This document shows, piece after piece, positions 19,901-31,386 of a stretch of DNA of 64,000 bases. The DNA comes from Cyanophora paradoxa CCMP329 (lineage: Eukaryota; Plantae; Glaucophyta), in NCBI GenBank assembly GCA_004431415.1, contig QPMI01000513.1, forward strand, positions 62,001 to 126,000, given 5' to 3'. Under the pieces are notes generated by a model. It was not told the DNA's origin. It saw nothing but the letters and a program-made list of their open reading frames with translations, and did no database searches. The position numbers and the translations under genes were made by a program. Numbering within the stretch: the first letter of the stretch is position 1; each line of letters starts with the position of its first letter.

Positions 19901-22900
19901 CCACTGCCAAAGAATGCGAGGAGGACATCCAGTCTCGCTGACTGAATCTGTTCGAAGGGCGGAAAGAGAGAAATTAAACCGTGAGAACGAAAGTGCGGGG
20001 ACACCGACGCAAAAGCGGGTGTGCTTACGAGTGGCGCTCGCTGTTTGTGAACGAAGCGGGACTGGCTCCCGAAAACTCTTGCCTTGATGAGTAGATCGCG
20101 GCAGAGCGCCCTGCGGGCGTCCGTGCCTTCATCGTTGCTCTCCAGCTCCAGCAGAGCGGTCACGAGCCGCAGGGCGTCGTCAAAGTGCCCCAGGGTGTCC
20201 AGGCGGAGAGCACACGCCAGCAGCAGCGTCTCGTACTGCTGGACCGACGCAGGCTCACATTCGCCGAGCGCGCTCAGCGCTGCACCCCGCCGAGCCGCGA
20301 GGAGCGATGTGGCGACCTCGAGGGCACGGCGGGACTGGCCATGGCCGCAGCTGACGCTTCTGGTGGCATGGGCCCGAAAAGGGCGTCTCCGATCCTGCTC
20401 AAGTAGCTGTCGTGCGGCTCGGGCTCCGCCGCATTGTAGCCTCCATCGTCCGAGCAGACCGAGGTGAGGTTCGTACTGTGAAGGTAAAACCTGGTGGCGG
20501 CTCTCATATATGCTCGAGAAGCAATCGCAAGACAGTAGCCCGCGAAAGGTGCACCTCGCTGCCAAGGCACCGAGGCCGGCGTCCTGAAGCGGCGCACACC
20601 ACGAGCGAGGCCGCAAGGGCGATGCGTCTTCTTTGCTTGAGCTTGTCGAGCTCGAGCGCTCGCCACCGGCGCGGTGGTCCGCTTCAGTACTAGTGCAGGG
20701 GAGGAGCCCAGTCCTGGCGAGGCGAACGAGGGCAGCCTCAAGGGCGGCGTCGGGCCGCTGGGCGCAGGCGGCAAAGGCCTCCGCCAGCGGGAGCCCCGCA
20801 AGCCGCAGCGCCTCCGCAGACTCGCGCTCGGGGGATGCATATGGCGGCGACAAATTCGGAGGAGGGGCCGAGCGGAGTGCGAGGCCGCAGCGGACAACAA
20901 GCCGGAAGAGGTCTGCGTCGTCCAAGTTCGAGACGTGACTGCGGCCGATCTTGCTGAGCGCAACGACAGCGAGGCTGAGCCACATGTTGCTCCGCTCGTC
21001 GCCGGCATCTGCACGCTGCTGCCGAAGGGCCTCCACCGTCCTTCCAAGTGTACTGAGCGAGTCCTGTATCACGATTTTCCACTGGTGATGCTCGACATCG
21101 GCAGGCGGATGAGAGGCATCCAAGATTGAACGATATCGCTGAAGAGTGCAACGCATGTTGTGCTGAACAGCACGATCGGCCTCGGGCGAGCTCGAGTCTG
21201 TCGACGTTGAAATTCCGCATAGGCAAGGCCATTCGCGCCTGCCAGCGGAGAGGGCAACTGCGGCTTCGAACAGAAGCGGAATGATCGTATCAACAAGCTC
21301 CAGGACGGCGGTGACAGAGTCTTCTGGAGGCCCGCCCTAAAACACCACTCAAATACGGCTGTAAATATGCTGCGAAAACTAAACGTATGCGCACCAACTC
21401 CTGCAGTGCCGACAAAAGAGTGCTGGCGACGCCACCGGCCCGAGATAGCTTTACGCAGTCATGAAATCGGCCTGAAGCGATGAAAAATAGTGAGCTCGCG
21501 TACTGATTAGTTTTCTGGTCAAAAGTTTGCACCCTGTTCGAGCAGGTAGCGGCAACGAGTTTCGAGATCGAGCGGCGGCTCCAAGCGAAGGAGATGAACG
21601 CAGTTTGAAGACGTCTCGCCTGCTAGCGCGACCCGCACGAGCGGATGGTCCCAGGGCGTGCGAGCCTGGGAAGATTATGAATATTAATCAACGGCAGGCT
21701 GCATGCAAAGCAGATCATACGAGAGCAGGACAAACCATGCGCGTTGCCCGGATTAGAACACGAGCCGCTTTACGCAGGACGACGCTCCTCATGGCATCAG
21801 GACCGAGCACGCACTCGGATTCAGAAAGGGGATGGGCCGCTGGAAGATTCGACTCTTCACGGCTCGTCGCGCGGTCTTGCGCGTGCCGAAGACCGAAACT
21901 GTCTGCGATCTCCAAGGCCGCCGCAGCCAGGAGGTCCCGCTGCTGGGCGCCCAGGCGCTCATCGACGGCGATGATCTTTTCGCGATCGGACCGTGAGGCG
22001 ACAGCGCGCTGGCCATGGTGCGCACTAACATGCGATCAAATAAAAGCGCTCACGCAGAGCCCGGAGAGGGCGTTGGCGACGTGCTCTGCACCGTCGACTG
22101 CACGGCCCAAGCGATCGCCCCTGGTGCAGGAGAGCAGCCAGGGGAAGCCGTACACGCAGTCGGCCTCGTACTTGCAGAGGAGCGTCCGGTCACCCCTGAA
22201 ATCCGCCAGCGACGCCGCCAGCTGCAGGAGGACGCCCGCCGCCGCCCTCACGTGGCCCGCCACGCGCAGCTGCTCAGAGAAGGCCCCCAGCCGGTTGAAC
22301 AGCCTGTCGGAGGATCGAATTTCCATGAGCTCGCGCTCGAGCAAAATAAATTCGATTCGAGTCAAGGGAAAGGAGAGGACGTACACTTCGAAGCAGGCAG
22401 GATCGCCGCCGTCGGGTGCTTTCTCCCCCGGGTACAGCTGGTGCCCACAAATCCGCGAGTAGTAGAGAGGCTGCTCGGACTCGGGGGCCCCACTTACAGG
22501 TTCGAATTCGGCCTGGTGCATGCCGTTGAACTTCAGCACAGTAGAGGGCTTCCTCGTCTCCATCACCGCTTGGGGGTTGCCTGGGAAGCGCTTGTCCTCG
22601 TGGCAGTGCGGGTTCGTGCAGAACCACATGGGCTTGCGCATGCGCGAGCGCTGGAAGGCATCGAGCCCGGCCGCGATGGCCCGCCCTGCCAGCCCCTCCC
22701 CGAGCTGGCTCGCACCCTTCGCCGGATCCGGAGATAGCGACAGCGAGGCCCACGCGGGCAGCTGCACCTGCAGGCCGGGAACCGGATCAGAGCAGCGATC
22801 AGAAGAGAAGAGTTGCACTATTTTAGTTGTTAGAAAGCACAGCGTTTACGCAGATGCTTGGGTTAGCTGGGTATATGGGAGAAAGGGGACACGGGCAGCA

Positions 22901-23742
22901 TTAGGGGTACGATATTGTGATAGGGTATAGGGTGAAGGAAGCTCGAACGAAGGAGAGCGAGCGGCCTCGCGGGGAGTGAAAGGGAAACTGTAATAAGCGT
23001 CTTGGCTCTCTAAGTGGGGGGTGTGGGGGTACCTTATCATCTTGGTTCAGGAGGGCGGGCGCGGCGGCGAGGCGGAGGAGGCAGGCGGCTGCGTGCGGGC
23101 AGAGGCCGAGCGACTCCCGACACACCGCGCCCGTGCACGACGAGAAAGTGGACACGAAGCCGCCACCCGCTTCACTATCCTGCGCATACGAAGCTTAGGC
23201 TCTCGTAGTATTAGCGTACGTATACGCGTGCGTATACGTACGCGTGCCGGCACCGGCGCGGCGCGACCGCGGCCGCGCGAGCGCGGAAGCGGCGCACCCG
23301 CAGGGACATGTAAACGAGAATGGCATCCTCCTTGTTGACGTCTCGGTTTGCGGCCGCTTCTAGATCTGCAGCTGCAGCTGCACATGCACATGTGCCGGCT
23401 TTGAATTCGAAGCGCGCCACGAGCCTGGCCCGACGCGTCCGCCCGCTCTCGTCGACATCACGCTCGATCGCTAGCTGAAGCCCGTCGGCGTCCGATGTGC
23501 TTCCCGCGGCCGCCGGCGCCTCGCCCGAAAGCAGTGGTTGCGGAAGCTCCGCGAACGCTCGCACGCCTTCAACGCTGACGGGGACAATCGCCGACGCCGC
23601 GAACACCGCGCGCCAGTCATCTGCAGCTGTCGCGATAGCCGTCGTGCGTCGTTCGCGCACCGAAAGAAGGGTCAGGGGAGTCTGTCAATCGCAGACGCTT
23701 CGATGCGCGTTCTGTTGCCGCGCCCTCCTGCACCTGCATCAT
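16961..23742 (-). CDS. Large uncharacterised protein with an NLS-like KRLRL, a SWIM-like zinc finger, helical regions and a C-terminal Asp/Glu tract
   Basis: Hand-spliced start MMQVQEGAATERASKRLRL. The motif SCTGAVCRESLGLCPHAAACLL (~23080-23140) resembles SWIM C..C..CxH. Long exons at 22036-22818, 19468-21156, 18780-19400 and 17680-18200. Terminal EEEPEADPPEDGEDEEEE... tract. A single-gene model is inferred and the middle exons were not all linked. Confidence 0.5.
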
Positions 23743-24097
23743 GGCATCACTGTAGCTAGTACTGTGGCGTGTACCCAGGTCCGACGAACTTGACCGCGCG
23801 CGGCGCCGCGGCGCTGGCTACGTGCAGGCCAGCAGATCTAGAGCGTCCGACGGTCCCGGAGCGCCAGACATCGACGTACGCGTTGATTCCGGCTTGTCGC
23901 CCCCGTAGGTAGCACAAACGCAGCTAGCTCCTGCGTAGTCCGCAGCTAGCGTGCCTGTGTTATCAATGCGCTAGCTGGCTATAAATTCTCTAATTTATAA
24001 TCGCTCACCACCGGAGATCAGCACGACAGCTGCAACTGCAGCGGGCTAAAACTGATACAAAGAGGGGATCCCTCGGGCCCGGCCCGCAGGCTCGCGA

Positions 24098-26181
24098 TCA
24101 GTTGCCGAACCTGACAAGCAGAGTGGGGTCAACCAGGTGCAGCGCGAAGGCCACGCTCGGGGGCGGGCGCTGGAGGCGGCAGGGGCGGGGGCGCACCACA
24201 TCTTGCCGACCTCGCCCTCCTCGGCCGCCTCGATCTTCAGCTGCTCGTACACCGCGCTGAAGTCTGCCGCCCCCGCTTCCCGGGCCGCTCGGGTAGGGGC
24301 ACGGGCGGGCGGCCGGCGTACCCTGCTCGCCCAGGCCGTCGGACACGGCGCCCTCGTACTGCTTCGAGGCGGACTGTCGGGTCGGGGTGTCAGGGAGCGA
24401 GGGGGCGGCGGATTCGAGTCCGGGGGCTTTTTTTGGGGGGGGGGGTACCGATGCGACGGGGAGCGGCTGCTGGTACTCGTACCCCAGTTTCAGGGCGAGC
24501 TTGAGGTCCTTGTTCTGATGCCTGGGCGTGCGGGCGTCGGCGCGTTAGGGGTACGGGGAGCGGCGGGCGCACTTGAGGGGGAACGCGGGCGCGTAGGAGC
24601 CGGCGATGACGTTCGGGCCCTTGACCCTGCGCGCGCACGTACACCCGCGTGAGCCGGGGGGGGGGGGGGGGGCGTGGGGGGTACCTGAACATGGGGTTGG
24701 ACATGGCGCCGAGGTCGAGAATGTCGAGGACGGTCTGCTGGTCAAGGCCCATCGCCGCCCCTGCCCCCGCCCCGCACAGTGAGACGCCGCCGCGGCCGCG
24801 GGGGGCGGCGGCGCCGGCGGGGCGCACCGAGGGCCATGCCCTCCGCGAACCCCGCCATCATCTGCGGGGCGGGGCGGGTCGGAGGGCGGGGCGGTGCGGG
24901 GCGGGGCGGGGGAGGGCGGGCGGGGCGGGGCGCGGACGGTGCCCATGACCATGTTGACGAGGAGCTTCATCTGCATCGCTTTGCCGGCCTCGCCCAGGTA
25001 GAACGCCTTCTGCTCCCCCCGCCGCCCCCGCCGCCGCTCACCCGCCCGGCTCGTACGCGCGCGACCGCCGCCCACACGCACCTTGCCCATCACGTCGAGC
25101 GCGGGGGTCGCCTCCTTGTGCAGGCCTGCCGCCCCCGTGAGCAGGGGCAGCGGGAGCAGGGACGGGGGCCGGGGGGTGCGCGCTCTCGTCGCCGGCGGTC
25201 ATGAAGACGAGCGCGCCGTCCGCAGCGGGGCCCTTGGAGCCCGAGACGGGTGCCTCCAGGTACCTCCCCCCCTGGCCCCGCGTCGGGCGGGGCCCGCGGG
25301 CTCGCGGGAGGGGGCGCGTCGAATCGGACCTTGGCGGCAGCGGCCTCGGCCATCTTGATGGAGGACTCGGGGTCGATGGAGGAGCACTCGATGTGGCCCT
25401 TGCCCCCCGCGAGCTGCGCGGCGCCGCCGCGTCGGGACCGGACGCGGTTCGGGTCGGGCGGGAGTCGCGTCAGCAGGCGCACGGCCTCGAGGACGCCGTC
25501 CTTGCCGAAGAAGACGGCGTTGCAGGCCTCGGGGTCGGCCAGCATCGTGAACGTGTACGCCGAGCCCTGCGCCGCCGCCCCGCGCCGCTCGGCCGACGCG
25601 CAGCCGACGCGGGGCGGGCCTCTGCACCTCCACGACCTCCGCAGGGCTTTTGGCGAGCTTAGCTCCGGCCTCCACGAGGGCAGCGGCCTTGGCCTGAGCG
25701 CGGGCGGTCGGGGCGGATCGATTTCGGCGGCAGCCGGCCCGAGGGCGGAGCTGCCATACGCACCTGGTCGCGGTTCCATACGTGTACGTCGAAGCCGTGC
25801 TTCTGGAGGCGCATCGCCATAAGGGCGCCCATGTGCCCCAGACCGATGAAGCCGACTGGCGTCTTCTTCTCGGCGCTCGCGGAGGTCACGGTGTGTGCGT
25901 AGCGGACGCTCGGACGGCCGCTGCGCTCGCCGCGCGTCGCACGCCTTGGTGACGCCGACGCCCCATCAGCGACGGCGCCTGCTCGAAGTCAGGGCCGCGA
26001 GGACGAGGCGGCCGGCGTGCGCACCGAAGAAGGATCTACGGGAGACGACGGACGTCTGCGAACGATCTGCACGTCAGCGAAGGCGGTGGCGTCGGCGGCG
26101 GGCGGGGCGTACGAGGGGACTCGCCCGGCCAACGCTCTGCGCGATGCCCGCAATGCCCGAGCTGAACAGGCACATGTCCAT
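24098..26181 (-). CDS. GLYR: Glyoxylate/succinic semialdehyde reductase (beta-hydroxyacid dehydrogenase family), probably plastid-targeted
   Basis: Motifs VGFIGLGHMG, FTMLADPEA, YLEAPVSGSKGPAADG, MKLLVNMVMG, FPLKHQNKDLKLAL and DFSAVYE. The spliced N-terminal extension MDMCLFSSG...SRRSFFGAV resembles a transit peptide. Confidence 0.88.
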
Positions 26182-26344
26182 TCGCTGGCTTTCGAGGAAA
26201 GGCCGGGTTTAAGGCCCGACCTCCAGGGTACAGCGCGAAATCCTTTTGGCGGAGTGCGAGCTCGCGCTGAAGCAGCCCCGCTTGTTCTAGCGTGTATCGG
26301 AGCGATAGAGGAAACAGGAGGAGTCCTCAGAAGTAGCCCACGCG

Positions 26345-29300
26345 ATGGGCAAGAAGGATGAGCTCGCGCGGCCCCTGAACGGCGCCGGCAACGAGGACGA
26401 GGCGCTACAGTACATGCGTCAGTGGAAGCCCATACTAGCACAGGCTCTCGTCGGTGCGCTTTCCACCTCCGTGAGCCACAACGCATGCCGCTGAGGAGTG
26501 GGGCGCAGAGCTAACGCTGAAGAGGCCGGCGGACGGCTACGCGTTCCTCTCCGACTGGTTCAGGCAGCAGAGCGGCAAGCCCGGGCTGGCAGTGGTGCGC
26601 CCCTCGCGCGAACACGCGGGGCCCGCGCTTCTTATCCCCGACCCCAGGACGAGTCGCCGGGGGAGTCCAGCGCGCCTGCGCCGGCGGCGGCGAAGGCAAA
26701 CGGAGCGGCCGCAGCTACTTCGCATTCGCTCTCGGGCGGCGCGCCGGCTCGTGGCGCTGCTCGTTGGCGCCGGCTGAAGCGCACGCAGCGGAGGCGAACC
26801 GGAGGGGCTCCGCGGCGTCGGGGGAGCACGAGCTGTTCATCTCGTACAGCCACAGGGACTTGGACTTTGCGGCGCGCCTCAAGAAGGACCTGGAGGAGGC
26901 TGGCATGCCGGCTTGGATGGACAAGGCGCAGCTCGAGGCCGGCGCCGAGTGGCGCCACGAGATCGCCGCCGCCATCGAGAAGGCGAAGGTGCCGCAGCCC
27001 CTCCCGCCCGTCCCAGAAGCGTTCGGCCGAGCGGGCCGGCGGCTGACGCGCCCCGGGCACGAGCGAACTAACGAACGGACCAGGCGATGGTCCTGTGCAT
27101 CTCGGAGGCGGCGGCGTCGAGCCGCTACTGCGGGGAGGAGTGGAGCTACGGATCGGAGCTGAACAAGCCGCTCTTCCCGGTCTTCCTGAAGGACCCCTCC
27201 GAGATCGCCATCCGCCCAGGCGACAAGATGATGCTCTGCGGGCGCCAGGTGCCTGCTGCTCCTCCCGCCGCGCCCCTCGCGGCCCCGCCGCCCGCCCGCC
27301 CACGCCCCCCGCCCCCCGCATAGCGCACGCTCTTCGGAGGCGGCGCGCCCTACTCCGTCTCGCTGGCGGCGCTCATCCGCGGCCTCCGGGGGGCCGGCCT
27401 CGGCATCGGGGTCCGCCCCGCCCCGCCCCGCCCCGCCCCGCCGTGCAGGGCCGGGCGGCTGAAGGGCGGGCAGGGCGGCGACCAAGGGGACGGGGAGGGC
27501 GGGGCCAAGGGCACGATGACCGTGCTGCGAGCGGCAGCCTCAGTGGGCCTGGCGACCCTCCCGGTGCGCCTCCATCCGCCGCGGGCGCCGGCGGGACGCG
27601 GCTGGAGGGGGCGGGGCGGGGCGGGCAGGAGTCGGAGTCAAGGCTGCTGGAGGCGAGCGGGGAGGAGGGGGAGGGGGCGGGGGGCCTCCCCTCCAACCTC
27701 GAGGAGCTCGTGTCGACGGGGAAGAAGCCGTGGAAGGAGACCGTCGAGGCGCTGCGCCCCGCCTCCGCCGCCGCCGCCGGGCCCGCCGCCCTCCCCGACT
27801 CCGACCTCGAGCTCGACTTCGTGTACGGGTACAGGGCCCACGGCGCCCGCCGCAACCTCTTCTACGTCTCCCCGCCCCCGGGCGCCCCCGCCTCCGCCCC
27901 CGACCAGCCCGCCGTGCGCCCGCCGCCCGCCGCCCCGCCCCGCTGCGCCTCCAGCCGATGCGGTGGCGCAGCACCCGCGAATCGTGTACCCCGGCGCGGC
28001 GCTGGGCATCGGTAACGCCCGCCGCGCCGCCGCCGCCGCCACCACCACCACCACGTCCGACGCGCCTCCGCTGCGCAGTGTACGACGCGAGCTCGCACGC
28101 GCAGGAGTTCTTCAGGGCCCACGACGACGAGGTCACCTGGTGGGCCGCCCGGCCCCGCCCCCGCGCCGCGCGCCCCGCGCTGAGCGCGGGCGCGAGTGCA
28201 GCCTGGCGCTGCACCCGGACGGCCGCACGGTGGCAACGGGCCAGTCCGGGCGCCTCGGGCGCATCTTCGTGTGGGACGCCCATGAGCCGGCCGCGCCCAA
28301 GCCCATCCTCCTCGAGGGCCCGCCCCGCCCCGCCCGCACCCCCGCCCCCCTGCCCGCTCGCCCGTCTGACCGCGGTGACGGCGCGGTGGCAGGTTTCCAC
28401 AACGGCGGCGCGGCGGCGCTCGCGTTCACCTGCTCGGGGCAGCACCTCATCTCAGTCGGTGCGCGCCCCGCCGCGCCCCGCCGCGCCCCGCCGCGCCGCC
28501 CTTTTGAGCGGCGGCGGCAGGCAAGGACGAAGAGCACACGGTGGCGGCGTGGGCGTGGCGCGACGGCGACGGCCTCTTCGGCCTCTTCCGCAACAAGCCC
28601 GTCGCCTCGGCCAAGGGCGACAAGAGCATGGCGCGGGGCTCCACCCCGGGCCGCCCTCGACCCCCCGCCCGCTCACTCCCGCGCAGATATTCGGGGTGGA
28701 GTGCAGCCCGCACAACGCGGCCGAGTTCGTCACGTACGGGTGCGCTCGCAAGCTAGCCGGGCGGGGCAGCCGCGGCGCTGATCGTCCTCGCGCGCGCCGC
28801 GCAGCGTGGGGCACCTCAAGTTCTGGCGGGCGAGCCTGGAGGGCCTCGTGAAGGGCCTCTCGGGGGCCCCCGCCCAGTTCGGCGCGGCCGGCGCCCCGGA
28901 GGCCTCCCTCGCCTACCACTCCGCTACCTGGGCCGACCCCCGTGCGCCCGGGAGACCGGGCGGGGTGGAAGCCGGCAGGGTCTGACGGCGCGCGGCGGCA
29001 GAGACGCTGGTGGCGGGGACGCAGACGGGCGAGCTGCACGTCTTCGTCGGCGGCGCCGCGACGCGCGCCGTGCGGGCGCACCAGGGCGCGGTCTTCGCGC
29101 TGGGCGCCATGCCGGGCGGCGGGATCGCGAGCGGGGGGCGTGACGGGCGCGTCTGGATCTACGACGCGCGGCTGAAGAAGACGTGCGGGGTGGACCTGGC
29201 GGCGAGCCTCCCCTCGGCCCTCCTCATCAACCCGGGGGGCCCGCCCCACGAGCCCGGCGCCCCCGGCGCCCCCGACAACGGCGCCGCCGTGCGCTCCATC

Positions 29301-31013
29301 GCCGTGCGCTCGACAGGCGGCACGGGGGGCCCCGGGGGCGCCCAGCTGCTCCTCGGCCTCGCCTCCGCCCACATCTGCGAGGCCCGCCCGCCCCGCGCCC
29401 GCACCCGCCCCGCCCCGCCGCCGAGTCGAGCCGAGCCTTGCGGCAGGTGGACATCGACACGGCGTCGGGGTCGGCCCGCGTCAAGTGCCTCCTCCAGGTG
29501 CCGCCCCGCTCCGCTTTGCCCCGCCCTGCTCTGCGTGGCGCTGAGGCGGCGGGCCGGGGCGGCGCCGCGCGCAGAGCCACTTCGCGAGCGAGCTGGCGCG
29601 GAACAGGGCGGGGCGCCCCGCCGACTCCAAGGGCGAGGTCCGCCCGCCCTCCGCCCCTCGCCGAGGCCGGCGGGCGAGGCCTCACGCGCGGGTCGGGGGC
29701 GGCAGCTGTGGGGCCTGGCGGCGCACCCGCTGCGCCCGGCGGTCGCCACCGTCTGCGACGACGGGACGATGCGCGTGTGGGACCTCGACGCCCGCCGGTG
29801 CGCCGCCCCCCCGCTCCCCTTCTCTTCGCCGCCGACGAGGGGGCGCAGGTGCGCGCTGGCGGTGCGGCTGAAGGCGGCGGGGGCGTGCGCGGCGTTCCGG
29901 CCCGACGGCTCCGCCCTCTGCGCCGGCCTCGTGGACGGCGACGTGCGCCTTGCGCCGCGGGGCGGGGCGCGCCGCCCTCGCCCCGCCTCGGCCGACGGCG
30001 CCGGCGCAGGTGGAGGAGTTCGAGGCGGGCACGGGGGCGCTGCTCTCCGTCGTCGAGCTCGGCGGCCCCAAGGCCCCCGTCGTCTGCCTCGCCTACAGCC
30101 CCTCCGGCGCCCGCCTCGCCGTCGGCACCGACGCCGGCAGTGCGCCCCGCCCGCCCGCCCGCCCGCCCGCGCGCTCTCCGGCGTCCCTAAGGCCGGCCGG
30201 CAGACGTGCACGTGCTGGCGGCGGGGCCGTCGGGCAAGTGGGCCCCCGCCGGCGTGTGCTCGGGCCTGAAGGGGCGGGTCCGGCACCTGGACTGGTCGGC
30301 GGACGGCCGGTACCTCCGCGCCGACTCCGCCTCCTACGAGCTCGCCCTCTGTCCGCCCGCCTCTTCTCACGCCCCCTCCACCCCCTCCACTCGCGCCGGC
30401 GGCTCACGTCGGTGCAGGGGAGGCGGGGGCCGGGTGCGCGCGCGTGGCGGACGTGGCGTCGCTGCGGGGGGCCGAGTGGGCGAGCGCCACCTGCACCCTC
30501 GGCTGGGACGTCCAGGGTCCGCACGCCCCCCAGCCCTCCAGCCGGCCCCGCCTTGCGCCGGGCACGCGCCGAGGCGGCGGGGGCGGGGCGGCAGGGGCGG
30601 TGGAGAGCGGCCTCGACATCGGCGACATCCTCGCCGTCGACCGCAGGCCCGCCCCGCCCCCGCCCCCGGCGCCCCTCCGCTGCCGGCGCCCGCCCCCTCC
30701 CCGCCCCACCTGAGGCGGCCCCCCGCGCCCCGCAGCGCCAGCAAAACAATGCTCGCGTGCGCCAACTACGCCCGCGCCCTCACCCTCGCCCAGTACCCCT
30801 GCACCAGCGCCTCGGTCCGGCCGCCCCCCCCCCCCCCCCCCCCCCCGCGGCCGGCGAGCGGGGCGCGCGCAGGCGCCGCGGAGGCGGCACTACGGGCACA
30901 GCGGGGCGGTGGCGAACGCGCGCTTCAGCTGCGACGAGGCGTACGTCTGCAGCGTCGGCGGGCCCGACCTCTGCGTCTTCCAGTGGCGCCGCGTCCGCGC
31001 CCCCGCCAGCTAG
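26345..31013 (+). CDS. D/D (Dpy-30/RIIa-like) - TIR - EML (HELP + WD40 tandem propeller) fusion protein
   Basis: In-frame splicing links YMRQWKPILAQALVELTLKRPADGYAFLSDWF (D/D), ELFISYSHRD...WMDKAQLEAGAEWRHEIAAAIEKAKAMVLCISEAAASSRYCGEEW (TIR) and LELDFVYGYRAHGARRNLFY (HELP), followed by WD40 repeats ending CVFQWRRVRAPAS*. Confidence 0.85.
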
Positions 31014-31386
31014 GCACGCTCCGTTCGTCTAGTGCTCTTGGAAGCAAGCTGTGTCGCCTAGCTAGCTGTAGTGCGCGCGGTATATATACGTATAGTGGAA
31101 TTTCGCAATTGTTTTTGCTTGCTTAATGTAATATCCATTCGAATGAGACGCGCCGTCGGTGGAGTCGGTGGAGACGCCGTCGGTGACGGTCTCGTTGATC
31201 TCGAGCCTCGGAGGTCAAGTAGTCAATTCGATGTAACTTGAAAGAAACGTAAGCCTAAGCTCAAGCCATCGGAGGAGCATGGGGTCATGTACATGAGCTA
31301 GCGCTGCAGGATACTACGATAAAACCTATACATAAACTTGCCTAGGCCTCGGCCTGAAGGCCTTGCGGGGATTGCACACGGGCCCC

